This document shows, one piece after another, positions 25,932 through 35,264 of a stretch of DNA of 64,000 bases. The stretch spans positions 465,027-529,026 of the forward strand of contig JAHBVC010000002.1 of assembly GCA_019637755.1 (NCBI GenBank). Direction: 5' to 3'. Below the pieces are notes generated by a model. It did no database searches, was not told the DNA's origin, and worked only from the letters and a program-made list of their open reading frames with translations. Source of the stretch: Anaerolineales bacterium (GTDB taxonomy: Bacteria; Chloroflexota; Anaerolineae; Anaerolineales; UBA11579). The position numbers were made by a program, and so were the translations under genes. Position 1 is the stretch's first letter. Each line of letters begins with the position of its first letter.

Positions 25932-27620
25932 ATGTCAGAAACCACTCATGCGCGCGCTCACCGCGCCAACATCTTGCAGCATCGCCCGGTAGACGGCAAC
26001 GGCATCCGTAGCCTGGCACAGGCCGGCTTTGGCTGGCTGGAAGCCAATAAGCAATCCGTGAATGCCTTGAACGTCTTCCCCGTGCCGGATGGTGACACCG
26101 GCACCAACATGGTGCTGACGATGAAATCGGCCATGGAAGAGATGCAAAAATCCAGCGAGAGCAAAGCGGGCAAAGTGCTCGAAGCGGTGGCGCGCGGCGC
26201 CCTGCTGGGGGCGCGCGGCAATTCCGGCGTGATCCTCTCGCAACTGTGGCGCGGCTTTGCCCGCGCCGCCGAGGGCAAGGATACGCTCAGCGCCGCCGAT
26301 CTGGCGCGTGGCTTCAGCGAATCGCGCGACACGGCCTACAAAGGTGTCGTGCGCCCGGTGGAGGGCACGATCCTGACCGTATCCAAGGATATGGCCAGCG
26401 CGGCTGAAGAAGCCATCGCCAACGGCGTGGACAGCCCGATCACCCTGCTGGAAGCGGTGCTCAAGGCCGCCGATGCCTCGGTGCGCCGCACGCCCGAGCT
26501 GCTGCCGATCCTCAAAGAAGCCGGCGTGGTCGATTCGGGCGGCAAGGGGCTGTACTTCCTCATCGAAGGCATGTTGCGCTGGGTACGCGGCCAGCAGGTG
26601 CGCAATGCCGAAAGCATCATCGCCCCGATTGCCGCGCTGAACCTGGAGAATTCACTGGAAGCAGTGGAAGAAGGCCAGGACTACGAAGTAGTGGTGGATT
26701 TCCGCCCCAAGGGCGAACTGGCCCTGCAGGAGTTTTACGCCGAGCTGGAGAAGATGGGCACCTCGATCCAGGTGGGCGAAGGCGAAGGCATGTTCCGCAT
26801 GCATATCCACGTGCCCACGGAAAAGCGCTACGAACCGATCGATTACATCATGGGCTTGGGCACCGTCACCAACGTGGCCATCGAGAACCTGATGGCGCAG
26901 ATGGATGACATTACCGCCCAGGCCAAGGGCCGCGGTGAGTACACCGTGCGCCCCATCGCCGCCGGCCAGATCGCCGTGGTGGCCGTGGCGCCCGGCGCCG
27001 GGATCGCACGCCACTTTGCCGATCTGGGTGTGGCGGCGATCATCGAGGGCGGCCAAACCATGAACCCCAGCACGGCCGATATTCTCAAATCGTTTGAGAA
27101 TTTGCCAACCGACAAGGTCATCATCCTGCCCAATAACAAGAACATTGCCCTGGCGGCGCAATCGGCCGCCGAGCTGACCGTCAAGGAAGCGATCGTGCTG
27201 CCCACCAGCAGCGTGCCGCAGGGCATCGCCGCCATGCTGGTATGGGACCCCAAGGGTGAGCTGCAAGCAGTGGCCGATGCGATGACCAAAGCCGCCAACA
27301 GCGTGCAAACCGGTGAGGTCACTACCGCCACGCGCAGCGTAGAGATCGACGGCGTGAAAGTGAAAGACGGCCAGATCATCGGCCTGCACAACGGCAAGCT
27401 CAAAGTAGCCGCCGAGGATGTAGAGAAAGCCAGCCTCGACCTGCTGAAAGAGATGCAGTTTGAAGCCATGGAAGTGCTCTCGATCTTTTACGGCGAAGAG
27501 GTAGAAGCCCAGGTGGCTGAATCGGTAGCGGATACCATTCGCCAGCAATACCCTGACCAGGAAATTGAAGTGCAACAGGGCGGGCAACCTCACTACCAAT
27601 TCATCTTCGCGGTGGAATAA
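25932..27620 (+). CDS. yloV: DAK2 domain fusion protein YloV
   Basis: 562 aa with PVPDGDTGTNM and RGNSGVILSQ (DhaL-like), following asp23 as in Firmicutes yloU-yloV. Confidence 0.9.
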   Translation: MSETTHARAHRANILQHRPVDGNGIRSLAQAGFGWLEANKQSVNALNVFPVPDGDTGTNMVLTMKSAMEEMQKSSESKAGKVLEAVARGALLGARGNSGVILSQLWRGFARAAEGKDTLSAADLARGFSESRDTAYKGVVRPVEGTILTVSKDMASAAEEAIANGVDSPITLLEAVLKAADASVRRTPELLPILKEAGVVDSGGKGLYFLIEGMLRWVRGQQVRNAESIIAPIAALNLENSLEAVEEGQDYEVVVDFRPKGELALQEFYAELEKMGTSIQVGEGEGMFRMHIHVPTEKRYEPIDYIMGLGTVTNVAIENLMAQMDDITAQAKGRGEYTVRPIAAGQIAVVAVAPGAGIARHFADLGVAAIIEGGQTMNPSTADILKSFENLPTDKVIILPNNKNIALAAQSAAELTVKEAIVLPTSSVPQGIAAMLVWDPKGELQAVADAMTKAANSVQTGEVTTATRSVEIDGVKVKDGQIIGLHNGKLKVAAEDVEKASLDLLKEMQFEAMEVLSIFYGEEVEAQVAESVADTIRQQYPDQEIEVQQGGQPHYQFIFAVE

Positions 27621-27634
27621 GCCCGCAGCCTGGC

Positions 27635-28480
27635 ATGCCCGTCGCCATTCTTACCGATAGCACCGTCTCGTTCCCCAGCCCGGTTTTTCCGGGCCGGGAG
27701 CTGGTGCACATCCTGGCGCCGCAGTGGCAGCCACCGCGCGCCACCGAAGCGGAGCGCCTGAAGGCCAGCCACTTCCCGGCCAGCCTGCGCGCCAACGACC
27801 CCTCCCCCGTGCCACAGTTGGTGGCGCCGCGCGCGGCCGATTTTGAAGCCGTGTTCCGCCAGCTTGGCCCCAGCCATGCCGGCGTACTCACCCTGTTGCA
27901 TTCCAATCACTTCAGCGCGATCGAAGAAGAAGCCCAGGCGGCGGCGGGCAGCGTGCACGGTAAAGTGGCCGTGCGCGTGGTGGATAGCCTGACCACCTCG
28001 CTGGGGCTGGGCCTGCTGGTACAGGCCGCCGCGGCCGCCAGCGCCGCTGGCATGGGGCTGGCGGAGCTGGAGCTGTATGTGCGCGGCCTGGTGCCCAACG
28101 TCTTCGGTATTTTGTGCGTGCCCGGGCTGAGCTACCTTGAGCGCAGCGGCCAGGTCAACCATTCGCAGGCGGTGGTGGGCGAGTATCTAGACATTTTGCA
28201 GGTCTTCACTCTGGATAACGGCCAACTGGTGCCCACCCAAAAAGCGCGCAACACGCGCCAACTGGTAGACGCCATGTATGAGTTCCTCTCCGAGTTCACT
28301 GACTTGAGCCACTTGGCGCTGCTGCAAGGCGCCCCCGCCTTCGAAGCCGAGACGCGCGCCCTGCGCGAGCGCCTGGCCGAAGAGGGCTACACCACCCCGA
28401 TCAGCGAGCAGATCATCAACGCCCCACTGGCCAGCTTCATCGGGCCGCGCTCGCTGGGCTTGTTTGCCATACGTAGCTAG
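27635..28480 (+). CDS. DegV family (fatty-acid-binding) protein, divergent
   Basis: MPVAILTDSTVSFP.. and GLSYLERSGQV..LDILQVFTLDNGQLVPTQKARN resemble DegV. Confidence 0.6.
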   Translation: MPVAILTDSTVSFPSPVFPGRELVHILAPQWQPPRATEAERLKASHFPASLRANDPSPVPQLVAPRAADFEAVFRQLGPSHAGVLTLLHSNHFSAIEEEAQAAAGSVHGKVAVRVVDSLTTSLGLGLLVQAAAAASAAGMGLAELELYVRGLVPNVFGILCVPGLSYLERSGQVNHSQAVVGEYLDILQVFTLDNGQLVPTQKARNTRQLVDAMYEFLSEFTDLSHLALLQGAPAFEAETRALRERLAEEGYTTPISEQIINAPLASFIGPRSLGLFAIRS

Positions 28481-29002
28481 ATGCGAATCGAATCGTTTCC
28501 CCCAATTTCTGACAAATCCAGCAGCATTGCTCTACTTGGCACAATGCCCGGCGAAAAATCGTTACAGACCAACACCTATTTTGCAAATAATACAAACCAA
28601 TTCTGGAAGATCCTCTTTACGCTACTGAACCAAGAATTTTCTGATGATTACTCTGTCCGCAAACAATTGCTTCTAGCGAACGGTATTGCCCTTTGGGATG
28701 TGCTCAAAGCCTGTAGTAGAGAAACTGACGCACCCCACCCTGCCCCTTCCAGCCTGGATAAGTACATCAGTCAAGAAGTCCCAAACGACTTTGCGGCCTT
28801 CTATGCCGAGCACCCTCAAATCCAGCATGTCTTTTTTCTCGGTCAAAAAGCGCTCGCCGCTTACGAGAAGCATGTGGTTGCACCAGCCAAGGTACTCCAT
28901 GTGCTACCCTCTCCAAGTGGAGCAAATACAAGCATGAGCTTTCAGCAAAAAGTAGCAGAGTGGAAAGTTATTCTCAAATTCATTGAATCTCCGCTCAAGT
29001 AG
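28481..29002 (+). CDS. Uracil-DNA glycosylase superfamily protein, hypoxanthine-DNA glycosylase (family 6)-like, on a low-GC insertion
   Basis: 173 aa with FPP..ALLGTMPGEKSL..YFANNTNQFWKIL..IALWDVL..C.RE..SSLD.YI..VFFLGQKA..LPSPSGAN. The ATG directly follows the degV TAG. Confidence 0.65.
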   Translation: MRIESFPPISDKSSSIALLGTMPGEKSLQTNTYFANNTNQFWKILFTLLNQEFSDDYSVRKQLLLANGIALWDVLKACSRETDAPHPAPSSLDKYISQEVPNDFAAFYAEHPQIQHVFFLGQKALAAYEKHVVAPAKVLHVLPSPSGANTSMSFQQKVAEWKVILKFIESPLK

Positions 29003-29016
29003 CCATAGAGGGTTGA

Positions 29017-29295
29017 ATGAAATTGTTTGACATCTTTCGCACAGCAGATAACCAATTTTGGTATGTGCTGTGGGATCCTACGATGAGCCAGCCTGTCTTT
29101 CTCTCGAATCTACATAACTCTTTATCCTCGCTTCACACAGAGATGCAAAGGATGGCACTGCATGAACAGATTGATCTCTCCCTAAACATTGACACGCTCG
29201 TACTCCCAGGAAAGTTTGAAAGAATATCCGCATGGAGAGCGCAGGGGATGTTTGTAGAACAAATACATAATCCCGTGGAATCCAGCTGTCTCTAA
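29017..29295 (+). CDS. Hypothetical 92-aa protein on the same low-GC insertion
   Basis: GAGGG RBS 4-5 nt upstream of the ATG. I recognise no family with confidence. Confidence 0.5.
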   Translation: MKLFDIFRTADNQFWYVLWDPTMSQPVFLSNLHNSLSSLHTEMQRMALHEQIDLSLNIDTLVLPGKFERISAWRAQGMFVEQIHNPVESSCL

Positions 29296-29362
29296 CCCGA
29301 AAAACATGACTCCAATCTTGGTTGTCAATCACCACATACCGATAGCCGCACGCAATTCCCAG

Positions 29363-29368
29363 TAGAAT
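29363..29368 (+). promoter_or_regulatory. -10 box TAGAAT, 6 nt upstream of recG ATG
   Basis: TAGAAT-CCCCTC-ATG with no SD. Confidence 0.45.
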
Positions 29369-29374
29369 CCCCTC

Positions 29375-31897
29375 ATGCACCCCGCCCTCAGCACCCTGAG
29401 GAAGTATTTTCGCCTCGAAGCCGCGCGCGGCTACGATGACCGTGCCGTGCTGGGTGGGCTGGAAAAGATGCTGCCCCTATGGGCCGGCAACGCCCGCGCC
29501 GAAGGCGTAGACGAAGCACAGGTGCTGGCGATCAGCCAGCACCTGCACAACTACAGCCGCCTCGACCCGGCAGGCCGGGCCGCCGCACTGAAAGCGGCCT
29601 GGCACGCGGTGCAAGGCAAGCCGCCCGCGGCCGCCAGCCAGGCGAAAACGACGGCCAAGGCCAAAGCAGCGCCGCGGCGCCGCGGGCCAAGCGCCAACCC
29701 ACGCCCCACAACACAAAAGAAAGCGCAGCCCCCCAAGCCAGCCGAGGCGGCGGCCGCCAAGCCCGCCACTCGGCGCAGCAAGCCGCCGGCGCGGCGCGCC
29801 AAGATCGAAGGGGAGCCAGCCGCCCTGGCGGCCAGCACCACCGCGCTCGACGGCGTGGGCCCAGTGAACGCCGAACGGCTGGAGAAGCTGGGCATCTATA
29901 CCCTGGGCGATATGCTCTATCACTTCCCGCGCCGCTACGACGATTACAGCCAGCGCGTGCCCATTCGCCAGTTGAAATTTGGGCAGGTGGTCACCGTGAT
30001 CGGCACGGTGAAGAGCAAGGGCCGCCACGGCCCACCGCGCGGCAAGCAAGTCTTCGAGATCGTGGTGGATGATGGCAGCGCCGCACTGCGGGCGATCTGG
30101 TTCAACCAGCCGTGGATGTACAAGAATTTTCACGAGGGCGAAGAGGTAGTGCTCTCCGGCAAGATCGACCAATACCTCGGCCGGCTGACCTTGAACAGCC
30201 CCGAGTGGGAAAAGCTGGAAGACGAAGACGCCCTGGCAGATACCCAGCACACCCATCGCATTGTGCCGGTCTACCCGCTCACCGCCGATATCCGCCAGCG
30301 TTGGCTGCGCGGCCTGATGAAAAAGGTGGTGAGCTATTGGGCGCCGCGCCTGCCGGATCTGTTGCCGGCCAGCCTGCTAGCCACTGCGGGCTTGCTGTCA
30401 TATAGCGATGCGCTGCAACAGGTACACTTTCCGGATTCGCAGGAACAGCTCGAAGCGGCCAAGCTGCGCCTGGCCTTCAACGAACTGTTCCTGCTTCAGC
30501 TCGCCGTATTGATCCAGAAGCGCATCTGGCAGGGCGAGCGTGCCCGCCCCTTCAGCCCCGCCCCCGGTTGGCTGGCGGCGCAAACCGCACGCCTACCCTA
30601 TACCCTCACCGGGGCACAGCAAAGTGCCCTGGCGGACTTGCTGGCTGACCTGGCCTCGGGCCGCCCGATGAACCGTTTGCTGCAAGGCGATGTCGGCTCA
30701 GGCAAAACGGTGGTGGCGGCGCTGTGCATGGCGCTGGTGGCGGCCGGCGGCGCCCAGGCGGCGCTGATGGCGCCCACCAGCATTCTGGCCGAGCAACACT
30801 ACGCCAGCCTGCGCCAACTGCTGGCGGCGGAAGGCGGCCCGCTGGCGCCAGAGGAGATGCGCCTGATGATCGGCGCCACCAGCGCGGCGGAGAAAGACGA
30901 AATCAAAGCCGGGCTGGCCAGCGGGCAGATCAAGCTCATCATCGGCACGCACACCCTCATCGAAGACCCGGTAGTCTTCGATGCGCTCGAGCTGATCGTG
31001 ATCGACGAGCAGCACCGCTTCGGCGTGGGCCAGCGTGCCGCCCTGCGCGCCAAGGGCCACAACCCGCACCTGCTGGTGATGAGCGCCACGCCGATCCCGC
31101 GCTCCCTGGCGCTCACCCTGTATGGCGACCTGGAGGTCAGCACGATCAGCGAGCTGCCCCCCGGCCGCCAACCCGTGCACACCCATGTGCTGGCGCCGCG
31201 CGAAGTGGCCCGCGCATACAACTACATCCGCCAGGAAGCCGCCGCCGGCCGCCAGGCCTTTATCATCTATCCGCTCATCGAAGAAAACGAGAGCTCGCAA
31301 ACCAAGGCGGCGGTGGCTGAGCACGCCCGGCTGAGCAAAGAGGTCTTTCCGCAACTCAAGCTGGGTCTGCTGCACGGGCGCATGCGTGCCGAAGAGAAGG
31401 AGCAGGTGATGGGCGCCTTCCGCGATGGCGCACTGGATGTGCTCGTCTCCACCACGGTGATCGAAGTGGGCGTGGATGTACCCAATGCCACCGTGATGCT
31501 GATCGAAGGCGCCAACCGCTTCGGCCTGGCGCAACTGCACCAACTGCGCGGCCGGGTGGGCCGCGGCACCCAGCAGGCCTATTGCATCCTGGTGCCGGAT
31601 AGCGAAGACGCCCTGGAAAACCAACGCCTGGCCGCGCTGGCCAGTACGCAGGATGGCTTCAAGCTGGCACAGATCGATCTGGAGCAGCGCGGCCCGGGCC
31701 AGTTTATGGGGATGGCGCAGGCAGGCTTTGGTGACATACAATTGAGCCTGCTGACCGATACGCGCCTGCTCGAGAAAGCCCGCCGCCAGGCGCAAGCCCT
31801 GCTGGCCGCCGACCCGGAGCTGAGCCAGCCGGAGCACAAACCAATCGCCGCGGCGCTGATCCACTACACGCGTGACGGCAAGGGAGATTTGAGCTGA
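29375..31897 (+). CDS. recG: ATP-dependent DNA helicase RecG with a ~165-aa N-terminal extension
   Basis: 840 aa. Wedge region FPRRYDDY, helicase motifs GDVGSGKT, DEQHRFGV and TATPIPRS, and QLHQLRGRVGRG. Confidence 0.95.
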   Translation: MHPALSTLRKYFRLEAARGYDDRAVLGGLEKMLPLWAGNARAEGVDEAQVLAISQHLHNYSRLDPAGRAAALKAAWHAVQGKPPAAASQAKTTAKAKAAPRRRGPSANPRPTTQKKAQPPKPAEAAAAKPATRRSKPPARRAKIEGEPAALAASTTALDGVGPVNAERLEKLGIYTLGDMLYHFPRRYDDYSQRVPIRQLKFGQVVTVIGTVKSKGRHGPPRGKQVFEIVVDDGSAALRAIWFNQPWMYKNFHEGEEVVLSGKIDQYLGRLTLNSPEWEKLEDEDALADTQHTHRIVPVYPLTADIRQRWLRGLMKKVVSYWAPRLPDLLPASLLATAGLLSYSDALQQVHFPDSQEQLEAAKLRLAFNELFLLQLAVLIQKRIWQGERARPFSPAPGWLAAQTARLPYTLTGAQQSALADLLADLASGRPMNRLLQGDVGSGKTVVAALCMALVAAGGAQAALMAPTSILAEQHYASLRQLLAAEGGPLAPEEMRLMIGATSAAEKDEIKAGLASGQIKLIIGTHTLIEDPVVFDALELIVIDEQHRFGVGQRAALRAKGHNPHLLVMSATPIPRSLALTLYGDLEVSTISELPPGRQPVHTHVLAPREVARAYNYIRQEAAAGRQAFIIYPLIEENESSQTKAAVAEHARLSKEVFPQLKLGLLHGRMRAEEKEQVMGAFRDGALDVLVSTTVIEVGVDVPNATVMLIEGANRFGLAQLHQLRGRVGRGTQQAYCILVPDSEDALENQRLAALASTQDGFKLAQIDLEQRGPGQFMGMAQAGFGDIQLSLLTDTRLLEKARRQAQALLAADPELSQPEHKPIAAALIHYTRDGKGDLS

Positions 31898-32424
31898 TGA
31901 TTCGTGCATTGTTCCCCGCCACTTTTGACCCGATCCACAACGGGCACATTGATATTGCCCTGCGGGCCACCAAGCTATTTGATGAGATCGTGGTGGCGGT
32001 GTATGAGCTGCCGCAGAAGAACCTGCTGCTATCCACCGAAACGCGCGTGGCGCTGGTGAAGGAGACCTTCAAGGATGAGAAGAAGATCACCGTCACCACC
32101 TACGCCGGCCTGACGGTGGATTACTGCCGCGAGATCGGCGCGGCGGTGATCGTACGCGGCCTGCGCGTCTTTTCTGACTTTGAGTACGAGTTCCGCATGG
32201 CCCTGGCCAACCGCCAACTGGCGCCCGACCTGGAGACGATCTCGCTGATCACCAGCAAGGAGCATAGCTTCTTGTCGTCCACCACCGTGCGCGAGGTCGC
32301 CTCGTTGGGCGGCGATGTGAGCAGCATGGTGCCGCCGCACGTCAAGCAGGCGTTGGCGGCGCGCATCGCCGAGATGGCCGCCAACGGCGAGCCGGAGTAC
32401 CCCGCCACGCCGCTGAGAGATTGA
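31897..32424 (+). CDS. coaD: Phosphopantetheine adenylyltransferase
   Basis: FPATFDPIHNGHIDI..RGLR..SDFEYEF..SSTTVRE. The ATG overlaps the recG TGA (ATGA). Confidence 0.95.
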   Translation: MIRALFPATFDPIHNGHIDIALRATKLFDEIVVAVYELPQKNLLLSTETRVALVKETFKDEKKITVTTYAGLTVDYCREIGAAVIVRGLRVFSDFEYEFRMALANRQLAPDLETISLITSKEHSFLSSTTVREVASLGGDVSSMVPPHVKQALAARIAEMAANGEPEYPATPLRD

Positions 32425-32433
32425 GTAGTGCCT

Positions 32434-32464
32434 GTCATTGCGAGCGCAGCGTAGCAATCTGGGG
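32434..32464 (+). repeat. Interspersed palindromic repeat, family A (short form)
   Basis: GTCATTGCGAGCGCAGCGTAGCAATCTGGGG. Confidence 0.8.
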
Positions 32465-32501
32465 TGATGCCCTAGTTGCAAAAAGCTGACTGACCCACCC
32501 A

Positions 32502-32556
32502 GTGTCATTCTGAGCCAGCAAGCGGCAACGCCGCTTGCGCCCGCGAAGAATCCCTG
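32502..32556 (+). repeat. Interspersed palindromic repeat, family B
   Basis: GTGTCATTCTGAGC-[hairpin CAAGCGGC AAC GCCGCTTG]-CGCCCGCGAAGAATCCCTG. Confidence 0.8.
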
Positions 32557-32601
32557 TAGCGCGTGTTTTGGAAAGAGCCTCATGTGGAAGAAATGCCCAT
32601 A

Positions 32602-32666
32602 GGGATCCTTCGCTGAACGGGCCTCGGCGTTCCGGTGCTGGTTTATCTACCCGCTCAGGATGACAC
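32602..32666 (-). repeat. Interspersed palindromic repeat, family B, inverted partner of 32502..32556
   Basis: The reverse complement reads GTGTCATCCTGAGCGGG....CAGCGAAGGATCCC. Confidence 0.8.
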
Positions 32667-32769
32667 AAGGGCAGCGATTTGGCTTCCCCTGCAAGTTGCC
32701 TAAATGGAGATTTACCGATAAGCTAGGCTCAAATCTTGCATCTGCACGCTAGAAGGCAAGAACCAACCT

Positions 32770-33270
32770 ATGGATATTCTTCAACTCGTAGACAAGCTGG
32801 AAGAGCTCTTTAATGAGAGCCGACCCCTGCCGCTGACCAACAACGTCATTGTGGACGAAGACCGCATGCTGGATCTGATCGATCAGATGCGCGTGGCGAT
32901 CCCCGATGAGGTGAAAAAGGCCCAGAAGCTGATCGCCGAGCGCGACCGCACGATGGCCCAGGCGCAGGAGGAGGCCAAGCGCACCCTGCAACTGGCCCGC
33001 GAGAAAAGCGATGGCCTGGTGGAGCGCGATGCGATCGTGGCTGCCGCCGAAAGCCGCGCCGAGCAGATCTTGCAACAGGCCAACCTGGATGCAGATGCCA
33101 CGCGCCAGGAAGCCGATGACTACGTAGTGGAAACGCTGACCAGCCTGGAAATGGAACTGGAGCGCGTGCTCAACCAGGTACGCAACGGCATTCGCGCCGT
33201 GATGCAGCAGCAGGAAGCCAAGCGCGCCGAGCAGCAGGCCCGCCCCGGCGGCGAAAACGCCGCCGGCTAA
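32770..33270 (+). CDS. Coiled-coil protein (ATP synthase b / V-ATPase E-like low-complexity helix), function unknown
   Basis: 166 aa, E/A/Q/R-rich heptad-like sequence. Confidence 0.55.
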   Translation: MDILQLVDKLEELFNESRPLPLTNNVIVDEDRMLDLIDQMRVAIPDEVKKAQKLIAERDRTMAQAQEEAKRTLQLAREKSDGLVERDAIVAAAESRAEQILQQANLDADATRQEADDYVVETLTSLEMELERVLNQVRNGIRAVMQQQEAKRAEQQARPGGENAAG

Positions 33271-33290
33271 ACCCACCTCAACGCCGATGC

Positions 33291-33321
33291 AAAAAGCGCC
33301 CGCAATTGCGGGCGCTTTTTT
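33291..33321. terminator. Bidirectional intrinsic terminator
   Basis: AAAAAGCGCCCGC-AATT-GCGGGCGCTTTTTT. Confidence 0.85.
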
Positions 33322-33337
33322 GTTGCCTCAAAATTGG

Positions 33338-35242
33338 TTAATTTTCGGCCAACACGATGATCTTGTCGCCCTCGCCGTAGATCGTCGAGGCGGATTTGGG
33401 CGGGTTGGTGCGGATGCCATAGCCGCGCTCAGGGTGATTGCTATCCGCCACCAGCCGGTAGCCGATAGCCGTTTCGCCGCGGCGCCGCGCCGCTTCCACC
33501 ACGCTGTAAAAATTCACCGGGCGGCCGGTTTCCACATACAAAGACGCGGGCTTGAGGTAGATATCCGCGTGCTGCGGGTCAAACAAGTCGGCGAACACCG
33601 CGTAGAGCTCGGCATTCTCAGCAAACTGCGCCATCATCAGGCTGACCAGTTGCTCGCTGACCACGAAGTCATCCACGCGGGTCACCTGCGCCAGTTCGCG
33701 GTTGCGCACATCGAGGACCTCGCTGACGATCGAGAAAGGCGTCTGGTCATGGTGGAAGATATCGCGCAAATGCAGCAGCGTCACCAGGGTCAGCGCGTCG
33801 GCAGGCTGCACACCGCGCTCAGCGTACGCCAGCACGATAACGTGTTCGTAATCATCCACGCGCAGCGCATCCAGCAAGCCGCGATCGGTGGTATCGCCCT
33901 GCAACACATGCACGGCCAGGTTGCTGAGCTGGCCCGCCTGCAGACGAATCGTCTCGGCGGTGGCGTCATTAATATCGGCCACGATGCGCAGCTCAGAGTG
34001 CGGGGCCACAAAATGATCCAGCTCGCGCAGAATCGTGAAGCCGTTGTGGTTCCAGCCCAGGATCAGCGTACGCACGCTGTGCGGCGCCGGGTCGCCCGCG
34101 CCGGCCACGATCAAGGCTGGCTGGATCTGCACCTCTTCCGGCTTGGCTGGGCGCACGCCCGCGTCGGCCGCCAGCGCCAGCAAGCGATCGCCTGCCTGCA
34201 GCGGCGTGGGCATCGGCGGGTTGAGCCTGATCTCGCCGGCGGCACCGCGCAGGCCGATCACCGCCGCTTCGTCATAGGCCAGCAGCGCATCCCCATAGGT
34301 CTTGCCCACCAGGCTGGGCTCTTCCAGCAGATAGATCTCATCGCCGGCAAAGTTCATCAGTTCGGTATACACCAGCGATAAGCCCGATTGGTGGTTGGCG
34401 CGGGCGATCAAGCGTGAGATCAGATCACCGATCAGCACCACCTGCACCTTATCTTCGGCGCTGACCAGCTTGAGTACATTGAGGTTGCGCGGGTTGCGCA
34501 CCTGCGTATTGATCGAGTACGGTTCGGCGCGGCGGTTGGTGGCATTGGTGATCGCCAGCACAGATTTGATCACCTCCGCATCCGGGTCGGCTGTATCGGG
34601 CGGCAGAATGATGATCGATTTGCTGGTCTGCGGATTGGCAATGTCAATATCCGCCGGGTCGTTGGGCTTGCCACGGCGGCAGACGATGCGCGTGCGGCTG
34701 CCGTGCAGCGCCACGCGCTCGCCGATCTCATCTTCCATCGTCACCTTGTCGCGATCCGCCAGAATGACGATACAGGCATTGTGCCGGCCTTGATTGGCCA
34801 GCACCAATTCATTCAAGATGGTGAAGATCTGTGGCGACCAGCCCAGGATCAGGGTGTGGTTATGCTCCAGCACGCGCGAGCGCCCCTTGCGCAGCTCTTC
34901 GATGCGGCGCTGGATGCCGTTGGTGAGCACCGCGATCAAAGCGCTGAGCGTGAACACGCCCACCACGGTGACGATCAGCATCACCGTGCGGAACCCAGCG
35001 CCGGTATCGCCAATGATGGCGCCCGAGCCGAGGGCGCGGATCAGGCTTTGCCACACCGCCTCGGCAAAACTCAGCGGCTCAAGATCGCCCTCCTGCACGA
35101 TACCGGCGATCGAGATCACCGTGGCGGCCAGCAGCACCACCAACAACGAAACCGAGAGCACCACCGCGATCAAAGCCGGGGTGCCGCGCGAGATCAAGTT
35201 ATCGAGGCGATAGCGTAAACGCTCAAGCAAGGATGGCTTCAT
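33338..35242 (-). CDS. CASTOR/POLLUX-type ion channel with tandem RCK/TrkA-like domains
   Basis: 634 aa. N-terminal TM and pore region (..GAIIGDTGAGF..) followed by HTLILGWSPQIFTILNEL and a second LILGWNHNGFTILREL RCK-like repeat. Confidence 0.65.
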   Translation of the reverse strand: MKPSLLERLRYRLDNLISRGTPALIAVVLSVSLLVVLLAATVISIAGIVQEGDLEPLSFAEAVWQSLIRALGSGAIIGDTGAGFRTVMLIVTVVGVFTLSALIAVLTNGIQRRIEELRKGRSRVLEHNHTLILGWSPQIFTILNELVLANQGRHNACIVILADRDKVTMEDEIGERVALHGSRTRIVCRRGKPNDPADIDIANPQTSKSIIILPPDTADPDAEVIKSVLAITNATNRRAEPYSINTQVRNPRNLNVLKLVSAEDKVQVVLIGDLISRLIARANHQSGLSLVYTELMNFAGDEIYLLEEPSLVGKTYGDALLAYDEAAVIGLRGAAGEIRLNPPMPTPLQAGDRLLALAADAGVRPAKPEEVQIQPALIVAGAGDPAPHSVRTLILGWNHNGFTILRELDHFVAPHSELRIVADINDATAETIRLQAGQLSNLAVHVLQGDTTDRGLLDALRVDDYEHVIVLAYAERGVQPADALTLVTLLHLRDIFHHDQTPFSIVSEVLDVRNRELAQVTRVDDFVVSEQLVSLMMAQFAENAELYAVFADLFDPQHADIYLKPASLYVETGRPVNFYSVVEAARRRGETAIGYRLVADSNHPERGYGIRTNPPKSASTIYGEGDKIIVLAEN

Positions 35243-35264
35243 GTGCAGTGATTATACGGTCCCG

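Noticed and set aside
29078-29380. 100-aa minus-strand ORF overlapping the 92-aa plus-strand ORF in the second low-GC island.
   Set aside because: Its start codon and upstream region would lie inside the recG start. It has no RBS, whereas the plus-strand ORF has a GAGGG RBS and follows the glycosylase gene co-directionally.
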